Both the position numbers and the translations under genes were made by a program. Positions 42,401-53,138 of a DNA stretch of 64,000 nucleotides are shown here, in pieces. The DNA is from Mytilus trossulus (lineage: Eukaryota): positions 15,500,001 through 15,564,000 of the forward strand of contig NC_086375.1 of NCBI RefSeq assembly GCF_036588685.1, read 5' to 3'. The notes under the pieces were generated by a model. That model had not been told where the DNA came from. It ran no database searches and worked only from the letters and a program-made list of their open reading frames with translations. Position 1 is the first letter of the stretch. Every line of letters begins with the position of its first letter.

Positions 42401-43871
42401 GGTACCAGGTCTACATTAGACTCATCAGTGACGCTCAGATCAAAATAATTGTAAAGCCAAACAAGTTCAAAGTTGACACGATAACAACCCTAGTCACCGG
42501 AAGATGTGAAATTAATCTGCTATTGTTTTTTAAACTGTCATTAGAACAAAGAGCAGAAGCAGCTTATGATTTTTCATTTTTGTTTTATATATATTTCTTG
42601 ATTGTATTATTTTGATTCATTGATATATCTAAATAAAGGTAACTGTAGTATACCGCTGTTCGAAAGTCATAAATATGTATATATAAAACACCATTTCATT
42701 GAGGAGAAACAGTACTTTATATCACTAGTTTTATAAGAAAAACTAAATTTATAATGCATACATGCATTATAAATAAACATTGCAAATTTTAATATTAATG
42801 ATGTAAAATTGAAATGTGTCTTTAAAGACTTTCAGAAATATTTTTACGACTGGTGCAAAACCTATAATTAATTCTTCCATAGATATAGCGATTTGGTTTT
42901 GAAGTTCGATTGTAGATAACTTATTTCAAACGGGAAATTACATCCTCATTTTTAGAGAGATGTTGTTTACCGAGCACGCAAATTAACAAACGATCCTGGT
43001 AAACTTATCGATCATATAAATAAACTTCTTCTAAAAGATTATCAATTCAACACTGTAATTAGATCTTTGAAGATTGTTTTCAATTGTATTAATACTGATT
43101 TTGTTATCAGTAAATTAAAAGCAAACTAAATATTATTTTTATATACATATGCACTTTCATGGATGTACAATCTGTTGATACCTGTATCTTGTCATTGCTC
43201 TGACTGTTTATGACGTCTTTCCGCTAAATCCGTTGGATGTTGTTCTGATTGACACTTAAGTCTTAGATGCATGCATTTTTATTTGTTGTTAATGGCATTG
43301 AACTAGCTGTCAGTAACCTCGAGTACTCTCAGATCTGTACTTAGTGTCTTTTTGAAGTTTAGATGTACAAATACTCGGCCACGTTCACTCTGTGTTTTTG
43401 TTAGCTGCATTTGTATTTGTATCCATCTGATGAGTTAAGCATTTTTCAACTGATTTTTATAGTATGTTCTTATGTTTTACCGCTACACCACTCTATCAGG
43501 TTAGGGGAGGTGTGTGACCCCGCTTACATACTGTATGTATATGCCTGCCCTTTGTCAGCAACCTCCGTTGTTCGTTTGTTGCTGTGTTTCATATTGGTAT
43601 TATTTGTACATTAATTAGACCTTAGTTTTCACGTCTGCATTATTTTACATTTGTTATTTGAGGACCTTTTATAGCTAAACATGTGGTATGGGATGTGCTC
43701 ATTGATGAAGGCCGTATGGTTAACTATTGCTGTGAATTTCTGTGTCACTTAGTCTCGTTTGAAGAGTTGTCTCATTGGCAAAATTACCACATCTTCTTTT
43801 TTATATGTATATCATCAAAAAAAAAATGACCGTAGCAATAAACATATACCGTATTAGCGGGTTATTTTCGT
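39222..43871. repeat. Recent tandem triplication, unit about 1625-1629 bp (about 2.9 copies)
   Basis: ACACGATAA..ACCCTAGTCACCGG recurs at 39222, 40847 and 42476. Copies are near-identical with scattered SNPs; the third copy stops at about 43871. Confidence 0.95.
39585..39875 (+). mobile_element. Penelope-like retroelement RT C-terminal remnant (repeated at about 41212-41500 and 42840-43130)
   Basis: Degenerate frame FFHRYSDLV.KF....LISNGKLHPHF*RDVVYRARK...LLKDYQFNTVIRSLKIVF resembles recalled PLE RT C-termini. Confidence 0.55.
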
Positions 43872-44185
43872 ATTTCGTTTTGTCAAATACGGCTATGGTA
43901 ATCTATTCCTGGGATAAGAAAATCCTTAGTTTTCGAGAAATTTTGTAACAGGAAATTTATAAAAAATGACCATATTATTGATATTCATGTCAACACCAAT
44001 GTTGCAATCTTGTACATCGATGAAGAAAAGACAAATCAAGGTAAAAAACAGAAAATAAATTCGTTCCATGAATTCGAAAAAGAGCGAGACCTTGCTAATC
44101 GACATTTAAACCGTCTCCCGACATGCAAACATGACGCACCATATGAATGTATAATCAATACAAAATTCACAATTGGAATAGCCAC

Positions 44186-44563
44186 AGTTCTTATGTTGCA
44201 CTGTTATACCACTGTTCCAGGTTAGGGGCAGGGTTGGGATTCCGCTAACATGTTTAACCCCACCACATCATTTATGTATGTGCCTGTCCAAGTCAGGAAC
44301 CTGTAATTCAGTGGTTGTCGTTTGTTTATGTGTTACATATTTATTTTTCGTTAATTTTTTTTTATACAAATAAGGCCGTTAGTTTTCTCGTTTGAATTGT
44401 TTTACATTGTCATATCGGGGCCTTTTATGGCTGACTATGCGGTATGGGCTTTGCTCATTGTTGAAGGCCGTACGGTGACCTATAATTGTTAATGTCTGTC
44501 TCAGTTTGGTCAATTGTAGACATTTGTCTCAATGGCAATCATACCACATCTTCTTTTTTATAT
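44186..44563 (-). mobile_element. Most complete copy of the dominant interspersed repeat (AAGAAGATGTGGTATGATTGCCAATGAGACA family, likely HINE-type)
   Basis: Other copies at about 104-272(+), 24876-24930(+), 29350-29503(-), 30785-31030(-), 31321-31605(+), 34538-34723(-), 35835-36180, 36420-36680(-), and within each triplication unit. Confidence 0.8.
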
Positions 44564-44616
44564 ATACATTTGGTAAATTAGTAAATTACATATTATATGG
44601 TTATTCTTTTCCTACC

Positions 44617-44730
44617 AAAGGTCGGTGGTTTTCTCCGGGCAACCTACAATAAAAACAATTCGCCGCGAAATACCATAAAAGTGGCGCTTAAAAGAGGCAT
44701 TAAAACATAAACAATCAATCAATCAATACA
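44617..44730 (+). mobile_element. SINE 3' fragment (Meta/V-domain-like) with (CAAT)n tail
   Basis: GGTCGGTGGTTTTCTCCGGG...AATAAAA...CGCCGCGA...TAAAAC...CAATCAATCAAT. Confidence 0.55.
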
Positions 44731-45407
44731 ATCTAAACAGTAAACTACACAAAAACACCAACTCCGAGAAAATTCTAATCGGGAAATCCCTTACCAAATG
44801 GCAAAATCAAAAGCTCAAACACATCAAATGAATGGAAAACAACTGTCATATATCTGACTCGGAACAGTAACTTTTCTATGTAGAAAACTGTGGATATAAT
44901 TGGTTTTCATAGCTAGCTCACTTGTATGACAGCTGCATGAAATTCCAGATCTAAGATCACAACCATATATCACGACTTAGGTGAGACACAGATACATCGT
45001 ATAGATCAACCCATTTTTTTTGTCCATGCAATGTCAATTTCACTCGTTCTTTTCGACACTCTGTTATGAAGCATAACCCTGGCAATGAAATTACACGAGC
45101 ATAACGAATTATTTGGGTTATGTAAAAGCTATACGACAAAGCAGATGTTATGTTACTATTAATTTTTCCCCCTTCTAAGTCATCACGTTTGTCAGACTCT
45201 AGTTTGAAGTTGTTCGTCTTTATAAACATATTTTTTTCGATTTTTGATGTACTGAGGACTCAAATTGCCAGTTTGATATATGTAAGGTTGACATTCAAAA
45301 TCATAGAAAACTAATTAAAAACTTTAGTCGCCATTAAGTTAAGACTTGCTTGCATTAAAGAAAAACAATAAACAACATAAACTTGTTTTCATGTTTATAT
45401 GTGATAA

Positions 45408-45704
45408 TTAACACTCCACAGCCAGACACGGATTTTTCTTCAATATTTCATCATAATAAGTTTTCTTAGGAATACAGTTGACATCACTTTTGGTACCATA
45501 TCGTTTGATTTCCACCTTAGTCTTTCCATTGGCATCGACTGCATCTATTCGCACTGCATTTCCCACCGACATGCCAGGACTCTCATCAAAGTAATTAAAC
45601 GGTATTAAGAATGCACTATGTGATTGACCTGGTGTATGTGTGACTGGTAAATCCTCCTTCTGTACAACATGATGCATACCCATCGTTACCCATGCAACTA
45701 GATC
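45408..45704 (-). CDS. Copper amine oxidase, terminal exon
   Basis: Acceptor ttttacag/GAT is phase 0 and gives [32 protein letters not shown]...[12 protein letters not shown], the canonical AOC C-terminal block with the third Cu-binding His. Confidence 0.93.
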   Translation of the reverse strand, partial: [98 protein letters not shown]

Positions 45705-45790
45705 CTGTAAAATAAACATTTTGGTGTTACAAGAACAGTTGAGAAAAATACTGACGAGTGAAAGATTTTAGATTAATTAATAGAAATTCA

Positions 45791-46381
45791 GGTGGTATGG
45801 GTGTCTTTCGCCATCTTGGATTGTAAAAAACAGAGAATCTAAGGTCCATATTTTCTATCAAGTTAGCAAAATTTGATGCAGGAATGCAATATTTAATGTG
45901 AATTTTCGTTTAAAAGAACCAATTTATAAGAATATAACTTAGAAATATTAAATTTTTAGAAGTGTAGGTTATTTTGGGTTGTTTTTTGAATACTTTCAAA
46001 TTGGCATTTTAAGGGGAGGTAACTCTAAAACAGTGCATTTTCTGTTGGACTCTACATGAAATTTTCCTATTTTGTCTTTTAGCCGGAAAAAACGTACGGT
46101 GACCCTATCTTTACTTTTGATATTCTTAAAGCATTGTCTGGAAGCTATCTTTTTCTAATTTATTATACGATTCTATCATTTTGTTTAGTTTCTATTCACA
46201 AAATGGTGCTTTTTCCTGTATAATCCATACAAAATTTGTCATTTTGTCACAACCTGTAGCTTGAGAAAATGCGCGGTGACCTATCATTTTTATAACATTT
46301 TTGATCATGTATCAATAGATACTACATTTTGACAAAGTATGAACAAATTCTATCCTTTTTATTTTAGACTCCCATACCACC
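45791..46381. mobile_element. MITE with 16-bp TIRs and TTAA-type TSD (Kolobok-like)
   Basis: GGTGGTATGGGTGTCT ... AGACTCCCATACCACC (1 mismatch); flanks are TTCA and TTAA. Confidence 0.8.
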
Positions 46382-46559
46382 TTAAGGCGAAGATACCACG
46401 CTGATAATTCCAAATCAGAAGTCGAAGAGAAATTGACAACGCCTTAACAAAAGAAAAACAACGAAAACGACGAGAAAACTTCCCCAATAACACTAAATAA
46501 GTGATCACATAGGTTATATATAAGAAAACTATCAGTGATGTTTTACATCAACTTGAAAC

Positions 46560-47087
46560 AGTGTCTTTGATACCTCTTAATTAGCGTACCAAGTATCTTT
46601 CACACATCTAACCTAGCGTACCTCTAAACTAGCGTACCAAGTATCTTTGATACCTATAAACTAGCGTACCAAGTATCTTTGATACCTCTAAACTAGCGTA
46701 CCAAGTATCTTTGATACCTCTAAACTAGCGTATCAAGTATCTTTGATACCTCTAAACTAGCGTACCAAGTATCTTTGATATTACTAAACTAACGTACCAA
46801 GTATCTTTAACACCTCTTACCTAACGTACCAAGTATCTTTAACATCTCTGACCTAGCATACCAAGTATCTTTGATACCTCTAACCTAGCGTACCAAGTAT
46901 ATTTGACACCTCTAACCTAGCATACCAAGTATCTTTGATACCTCTAAACTAGCGAACCAAGTATCTTTGATACCTCTAAACTAGCGTACCAAGTATCTTC
47001 GACACCTCTAACATAGCGTATGAAGTATCTTTGACACCTAACCTAGCGTACCAAGTATTGTGACACCTTTAACCTAGCGTACCGAGT
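46560..47087. repeat. 32-bp minisatellite, about 16 copies, in last amine oxidase intron
   Basis: Unit AAACTAGCGTACCAAGTATCTTTGATACCTCT, period 32. Confidence 0.95.
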
Positions 47088-47365
47088 TTAAATGTCAAAA
47101 GATCTTTAAAATATATTTTACAGATTTTTCAACAGTTCTACGATAATGGTGACTAGTTTTTTTATATTCAGTCATCAAATCAATATTATTTTAGTTCTAC
47201 TCTACACATTGTTGGTGAGAGATTAAACTACAAATTGTACATTTTTAACATGGTCTCAGACAGGAACGTTAAAAGTCAATTATTTGAAAGCGAAGAATGT
47301 ATACAAATCGAAATAGTGAAGAGCTCAATGACAAAAAGGGACCACATTATTTTAAACTTATTTAC

Positions 47366-49311
47366 CTTGTCTACAATATTTTCATTGTCATCAATAAATT
47401 CCTGAAAGAAAAATACAGGATTGTCTGAGTGGGTATATACTGAGCTGGAATGTGGCTCACTGTCCTTGTATTTTGTGACTGCAAGCTGGTACTGGGCCCA
47501 GCTCACGGCTGGGTTATTTCCGTCTTTTGATGGTCTTATAAACTTAGTCATCCCTTTATTTACCAATTTGTAACCAGGAGAGTTTCCAAATTTATCTTTT
47601 TTGTTATTGTTGACAAAAGTTAGTACTTTCGGATAATCGAAGTTGAATTTGTAAGCCGCCTGAAGTTCCGTCTGTTTTAATCTTTTTATGAATCTAGTCT
47701 GAACAATTGTAGAACCTGTATTTTTGTGACATACGTTTTCAACAACATCCGGTTCAATGTCGACAGTTTGAAATCTGTTGCTTGTACCTTTGATATCAAG
47801 GTCCATTTTGAAATTAAACAAATGTTGGTGTAATGGCGACATCAGATTTTTATCAACTTGAAAACTGTACGGGTTGTCATGGCTATACCATGAGCTTGTC
47901 ACTATTCCAGTTGGTGTTATTTTAACTTCTATGGCGCCATTTTGATAAAATATAAAATCTATGATATAGTCATAAATGCCAATCGTAGGAATGGTTCTGA
48001 CGATCAAAACTACATTTGCAACTCCTTCATAAAATCGATGGATATATCGAAAGTAACCGTTATGGCGACGGAGTGGCATTCCTGTATTGTGCTCAAATAT
48101 ACAGAATGCACGCTCATTTGTTAGAGGTTTATCTTGTGTGTCAACTTTAAAAGAAGAACTTATAAACGTGGCATCATTTGGACAATCAACACCAGGGTGT
48201 AAATATTTTGCCAACGCACCAATCTTAAACATAGAGTCTAAGAAATAAAGTACACGTTCCTGTGGCTTATCTCCGGAATAAAAATTGGCTAGTTCTTGGA
48301 GACTTATTTCATAAGCAATACGGTCACTTTTGTAGCGAATATCATTTAGCCGTGGTCCGTAGAATACCGACATCCCAATATCAAATTCCCAGTACGAATA
48401 TGAAACATGTCTGTCGTCGATATTGTAACGTATACCGTCTGGGGATACTTGTGATGGGTCTTTTAGAGGTATTTTAAACGATGGTTCGCCTCTAGAATTG
48501 ATAGACTTATCTTTATTTTCTGCGTTTGTTGGAAAGGGAATTTTATTGATATATTCCTTGTATGTATTGTAGTATGCAACTATTTCTTCCAGGCTATTAA
48601 ACAATGATCCATCAAACCAAATCTTGATTATAGTATTATTACCGTTATTATCTACTTCTCGGAGTACTGCAAAATCTACGGGCCATAACAAATAATATTC
48701 CTTAAATTGATATAACCAACTAAACCACAAACGTTTCCTGACTCCTGATAACGGAGTTGTCAATTGGTTATTGAGATTAAAAACCAAACAGCGATCACCG
48801 CAGTTAACTAAACGACCACCATATAATTCATTGAGTATTTGTCCTGCAACTTTATCAATTTTTTCTAGCAATGGCGTGAGATTGAAATCAAAAACGTCAA
48901 TAGGACGATCAATAAATGGAATATATTTTGGTAGGTAAGGAACATGCCGATAACCAGTCGGGTTTGGCAAAGGACTCACAATAATTTCTATTACATCTGG
49001 TTTGGAGATACCGCCTCGCAAAATCATAACACGGGCTTCACGTCTAGGCTGAACACAATGTGTATCTAAATGTTTCAATACGTCTCTTTTCGGTGGCAAA
49101 AATATTTCAGAACTGAAAATATAGTTTGAATTGATTGTTGTTTTATCTGCGGTTGTAAGGTTTAAATCTGAACGGTTATAAAGGTAATCAAGAAGTCCTG
49201 CAATTTCCTTTTTCGTTAAATCACGAAAAACAGATGGTTTACTACTTTCCCTCAAGTTCAAATTACCATACAATCTTGATTTCCGAGTACACACTAGAAT
49301 GTTTTTCTTTG
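47366..49311 (-). CDS. Copper-containing amine oxidase (AOC/DAO-like), large internal exon
   Basis: AOC motifs: FRDLTKKEI, RIAYEISLQE, catalytic Asp in YFLDS, LHPGVDCP, FCIFEHNTGMPLRRH, TPQ motif TIGIYDY, Cu ligands HQH, WAQYQLAVTKYKDSE. Acceptor ttttaacag at 49312 (phase 1); donor AAG/gtaaat after ENIVDK at 47365 (phase 0). Confidence 0.93.
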
Positions 49312-49680
49312 CTGTTAAAAGAGAAAAAACTATGATAAAGATCAAAAACATTTACAATTTCGGGTCAAATAGTAACAGAAATGTATTTCAAAATTTCTCC
49401 CAATATTAGGATTCAAACTGTTGAAGCTTTTTTGTTTAAATAAGAATATTTTCGATTTATATGAGTTATAGCCATGAAATATGTTTCTACTAAGACATTT
49501 TTTCTCACATGCATTTCAATTCCATTTGCATGGAGTTTCGTTCCACAAATAAACAATTTTTTGATATAAAAAACGATGATTGGTCATGGAGTCGAGGTCA
49601 TAAAACAATTTTTTAATATATCAATAAGTTCAAATTGTTGTTTGAGTCCTAATCATTAGTGTTTAGGTGGATCAGATGTA

Positions 49681-50785
49681 CCTCGCCAAAGGGCCAAGTG
49701 AGCTTTTCTCATCACTTGGCGTCCGTCGTCCGTCGTCCGTCTTTGTTTGTTAACTTTTACAAAAAATCTTCTCCTCTGAAACCACTGGGCCAAATTCAAC
49801 CAAACTTGGCCACAATCATCATTGGGGTATCTAGTTAAAAAAGATGTGTTCGATGATTCGGCCCGCCTACTTAGATGTCCACCATGGCTAAAAATAGTAC
49901 ATAGGGGTAAAATGTAGATTTTGGCTTATATCTCAAAAACCAAAGCATTAAGAGCAAATCTGATATGGAGTAAAATTGTTCATCAGGTCAAGATCTATCT
50001 GCACTGAAATTTTCAGACATATCAGACAACTCGTTGTTGGGTTGCTTCCCCTGAATTGGTAATTTTAAGGAAATTTTACAGTTTTTGGTTGTTTTCTTGA
50101 AAATTATTATAGATAGAGATAAACTGTAAACATAAATAATGTTCAGCATAGTTATATCTACAAATAAGTCAGAATGACAAAAATCGTCAATTGACCTCTT
50201 ATGGAGTTATTGCCCTTTAAAGTAAATTTTTAACAAATTTGAATCATTATTAGGGTATCTAGTTTAAAAAAAGTGTCGGATGACCCTGCCTGCCACACAA
50301 CATGGCCGACATGGCTAAAACGAGAACATAGGGCTAAAATGCAGTTTTTGGCCTATATCTCTGAAACGAAAGCATTTAGAGCAAATTGGACAATGGAAAA
50401 AATGTTCATCAGGTGAAGATCTATCTGCCCTGAAATTTTCAGACGTATCAGTCTATCAAACAACCCGTTGTTGGGTTTCTGCCCATGAATTGGTAATTTT
50501 AAGGAAATTTTGCAGTCTTTGGTTATTACCTTGAATATTATTATAGATATAAATAAACTGTAAACAACAATAATGTTAAGGAAAGTAAGGTCTACAAAAA
50601 GGTGAACATGACCAAAAATGGTCAATTGACCCAATAAGGAGTGATTGCCGTTTAAAGTAAATTTTTGTAATCTTTTACAAAAGTCTTCTGAAACTAAATC
50701 AAAATTATAACGGTTGCATTTTTCACGTATCAATTGTACATAAAAATATCAAGTGAGCTACACAGGCTCCTTGGAGCCTCTAGTT
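49681..50785 (+). mobile_element. Helentron-type non-autonomous element (HINE/pearl-like) in amine oxidase intron
   Basis: 5' GGCCAAGTGAGC plus (CGTC)n microsatellite; two internal repeats of about 430 bp (49824 / 50252); 3' AAGTGAGC plus hairpin AGGCTC-CTTG-GAGCCT and TAGTT end. Confidence 0.8.
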
Positions 50786-51487
50786 ATACTAACAAGCGTG
50801 TACACCTTACATTAAAATTAATCCAACAGATTAACGATGAAGATCGACTGAAACCTGTGCAAATTTTTTTTTTACGGTAACCATTATAAATTGGTTAACT
50901 TATAGGATATGTCTGCGTCTCAACATGTTTTCGCGGTCTCAGATCTTTAGAATGCACAATAGTCGGCTGGCCTGTGATTATACTGAGTGTGACCTTTTCC
51001 CGATTGTGACATTTTCATTTCATGCGGATTCGTATTGATGCATACACAGCAGGAGACACTTACTCCGTCGACACGACCTGTTTCGATCCTTATGAGTTCA
51101 TGCGAATCCATCAATTTGCGTTTGTTACCTTGTTTTGTATCTTCTTAATCAAATTGATGAGATTTGAAGATCAATAAACTACTGCTATGAAAATTTCACG
51201 CGTCTGGCGCAAACTTAAAATTTTAATCCTGGTCTCTATGATGAGTTTATTTCCATCTTCTTGTTATTTTTAGTAAAAACTTGAACTAAATTATATTATA
51301 GTCTTAAATTCAGCTTAAGTTCTTACTATAGAAGTTGCATTATACCCTTCTACGTCTTATATTGATCTAAATTATTTTGTGCACACTTAATCTCATGACG
51401 ATGCAAAAGACGAAACTATCACATGAAGTTCGCAAGTAGGTGCATAAAATTATTTGCTCTTCCAATGTAAAGTACATTTTTACTTGC

Positions 51488-51539
51488 CTGACTTGGACAT
51501 CCATTTGTAAAATAGATGGTCACATTTCCTTCCATTTCT
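51488..51539 (-). CDS. Candidate 52-bp upstream exon of the amine oxidase (GC donor)
   Basis: Acceptor tttttttcag; donor CAG/GCAAGT. Frame RNGRKCDHLFYKWMSKS-G ends in phase 1, matching the 49311 acceptor. No homology evidence. Confidence 0.35.
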
Positions 51540-52971
51540 CTGAAAAAAATATTTGAATCATTGATTTTATATAAATGTTTTCATTTGTCATCCGAATGCA
51601 TTATCCATTTACTTATTATTCGTTGTTTTCCCTTTTGTTCTATGATCAGTGTTATAATACAGCAGGAAAATGATTAAATCGTCATGCATTTTGTTGTTTA
51701 TGTTTTCTGATATCCCACGAATAATGGTGATTTGTTTGAACATGTTCTTGATAGAATTAAAATGATACCTCGCAGTTCATGGATAATTTTCGATAATTGA
51801 TTTTTACAAGCATTTTAGTTGGTATGTGAATTAACGAAAAACGTAAAAGAGCAAGATTCAAATAGAAATAAAGATACAAGAAGATATTGTTCGTGATTTG
51901 TCCGCATGGGGTAACACATCGTATGTTGAATTTTCAGGTTTGATAACGCTTTCTTACGTTTTTGGCCAAATTCTTTAAAAAAAATGCTGAGTTCATCCTT
52001 CCCATATCGTAAAAAGTCAAACTTTTTCCTTAGGATTAAACAACTTTTTTGTAAATATCCACAAAAAGAAGATTTAAAAGACGCCTAAGTTTTAGATCCA
52101 AGACGGACAAGGACTGTATCATCCGCAAGATTGATATAATTTAGATTTTCATTCTGCAACTAAGGGAACTAATTTAATTAAAGGTTCAAAGTCAGGTGGT
52201 GCACATCATATGAATGAAGTAACAAGGATTTTGCCACATATTTAGTTATGTCATAATTCATTAAAAGAAAATCAATGAAACTACTGATCAAGACACTTCT
52301 CATCCTTGCTACAATAATAAATTGATAACTTTTAAGAATACGTTTATTTTAATTATCAGCATGTTCACAAGGATAATATTTAAGTTGATAGGCTCTATAA
52401 ACAACACCACTATACTAGAAAAGTTAAGATGTTCTCCCTTAATTGTCCGTACAATATATTTAAGCAAATCAAAGAATCTTGCAATAGTTTTCGTTCTTCA
52501 TGAACGGTTGCGATTTATTAGAGCCTTGGTAATGAAATTTTATTTTCTTTGAGTTCCTTTCAATAACACATTCATTTGTGAGGTACCTCAGAGATCTCAT
52601 CATGGCGTTCTTGCAGGAGTATCTAACATTGTAAATACTATCTATATTACAAGCACACAATCTATAATTAACTGACATAGTACGAATTTAAATTTTCGCT
52701 CAATATGCCATCAATCCACAATAGCAACAATATTATCTTTAACATTTTCAGCAACAAGAGGAAGATATACTAGCATTTGAAAACTATTTTCGCTATTTTT
52801 TCAAATCTCCGTACTTGTTAAGCGTTTGAAGTAACAACAGAATGTTTGATTTTGTGACAAAAACTTTTGATTTTTAGACCTTTAGTTTTTATATAAATTA
52901 TATAAAATATGCATAACTAATGTGAATTTGACGTAGAATTCATGTTATTTATAGATTTGACAAGTATGCTT

Positions 52972-53111
52972 TGTCGGGAATTTAGCGCGAATATATACAT
53001 GTTAACGTTGCTACTTGACTTATGTAATTATGACGTTACTGATATAGCAATGGCTAGGCGTTAGAATAAACACGATCTATACACAACGCATTTTATCTAC
53101 TTTACACAACA
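52972..53111 (+). repeat. 5' LTR (140 bp)
   Basis: TGTCGGG...CACAACA; contains TATATA and AATAAA; identical to the 3' LTR by eye. Confidence 0.96.
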
Positions 53112-53115
53112 TTTA

Positions 53116-53128
53116 TGGTGCCGTGACT
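53116..53128 (+). other. Primer binding site complementary to tRNA-His 3' end
   Basis: TGGTGCCGTGACT lies 4 nt after the 5' LTR and is complementary to ...AGUCACGGCACCA. Confidence 0.85.
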
Positions 53129-53138
53129 GTCGGAAACA

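Noticed and set aside
46560-47087. CRISPR-like 32-bp repeat array
   Set aside because: No spacers; intronic minisatellite.
47276-47365. Hydrophobic C-terminal tail of the 691-aa ORF, and its N-terminal 49312-49351 'signal peptide'
   Set aside because: Both lie beyond canonical splice sites and are intronic read-through.
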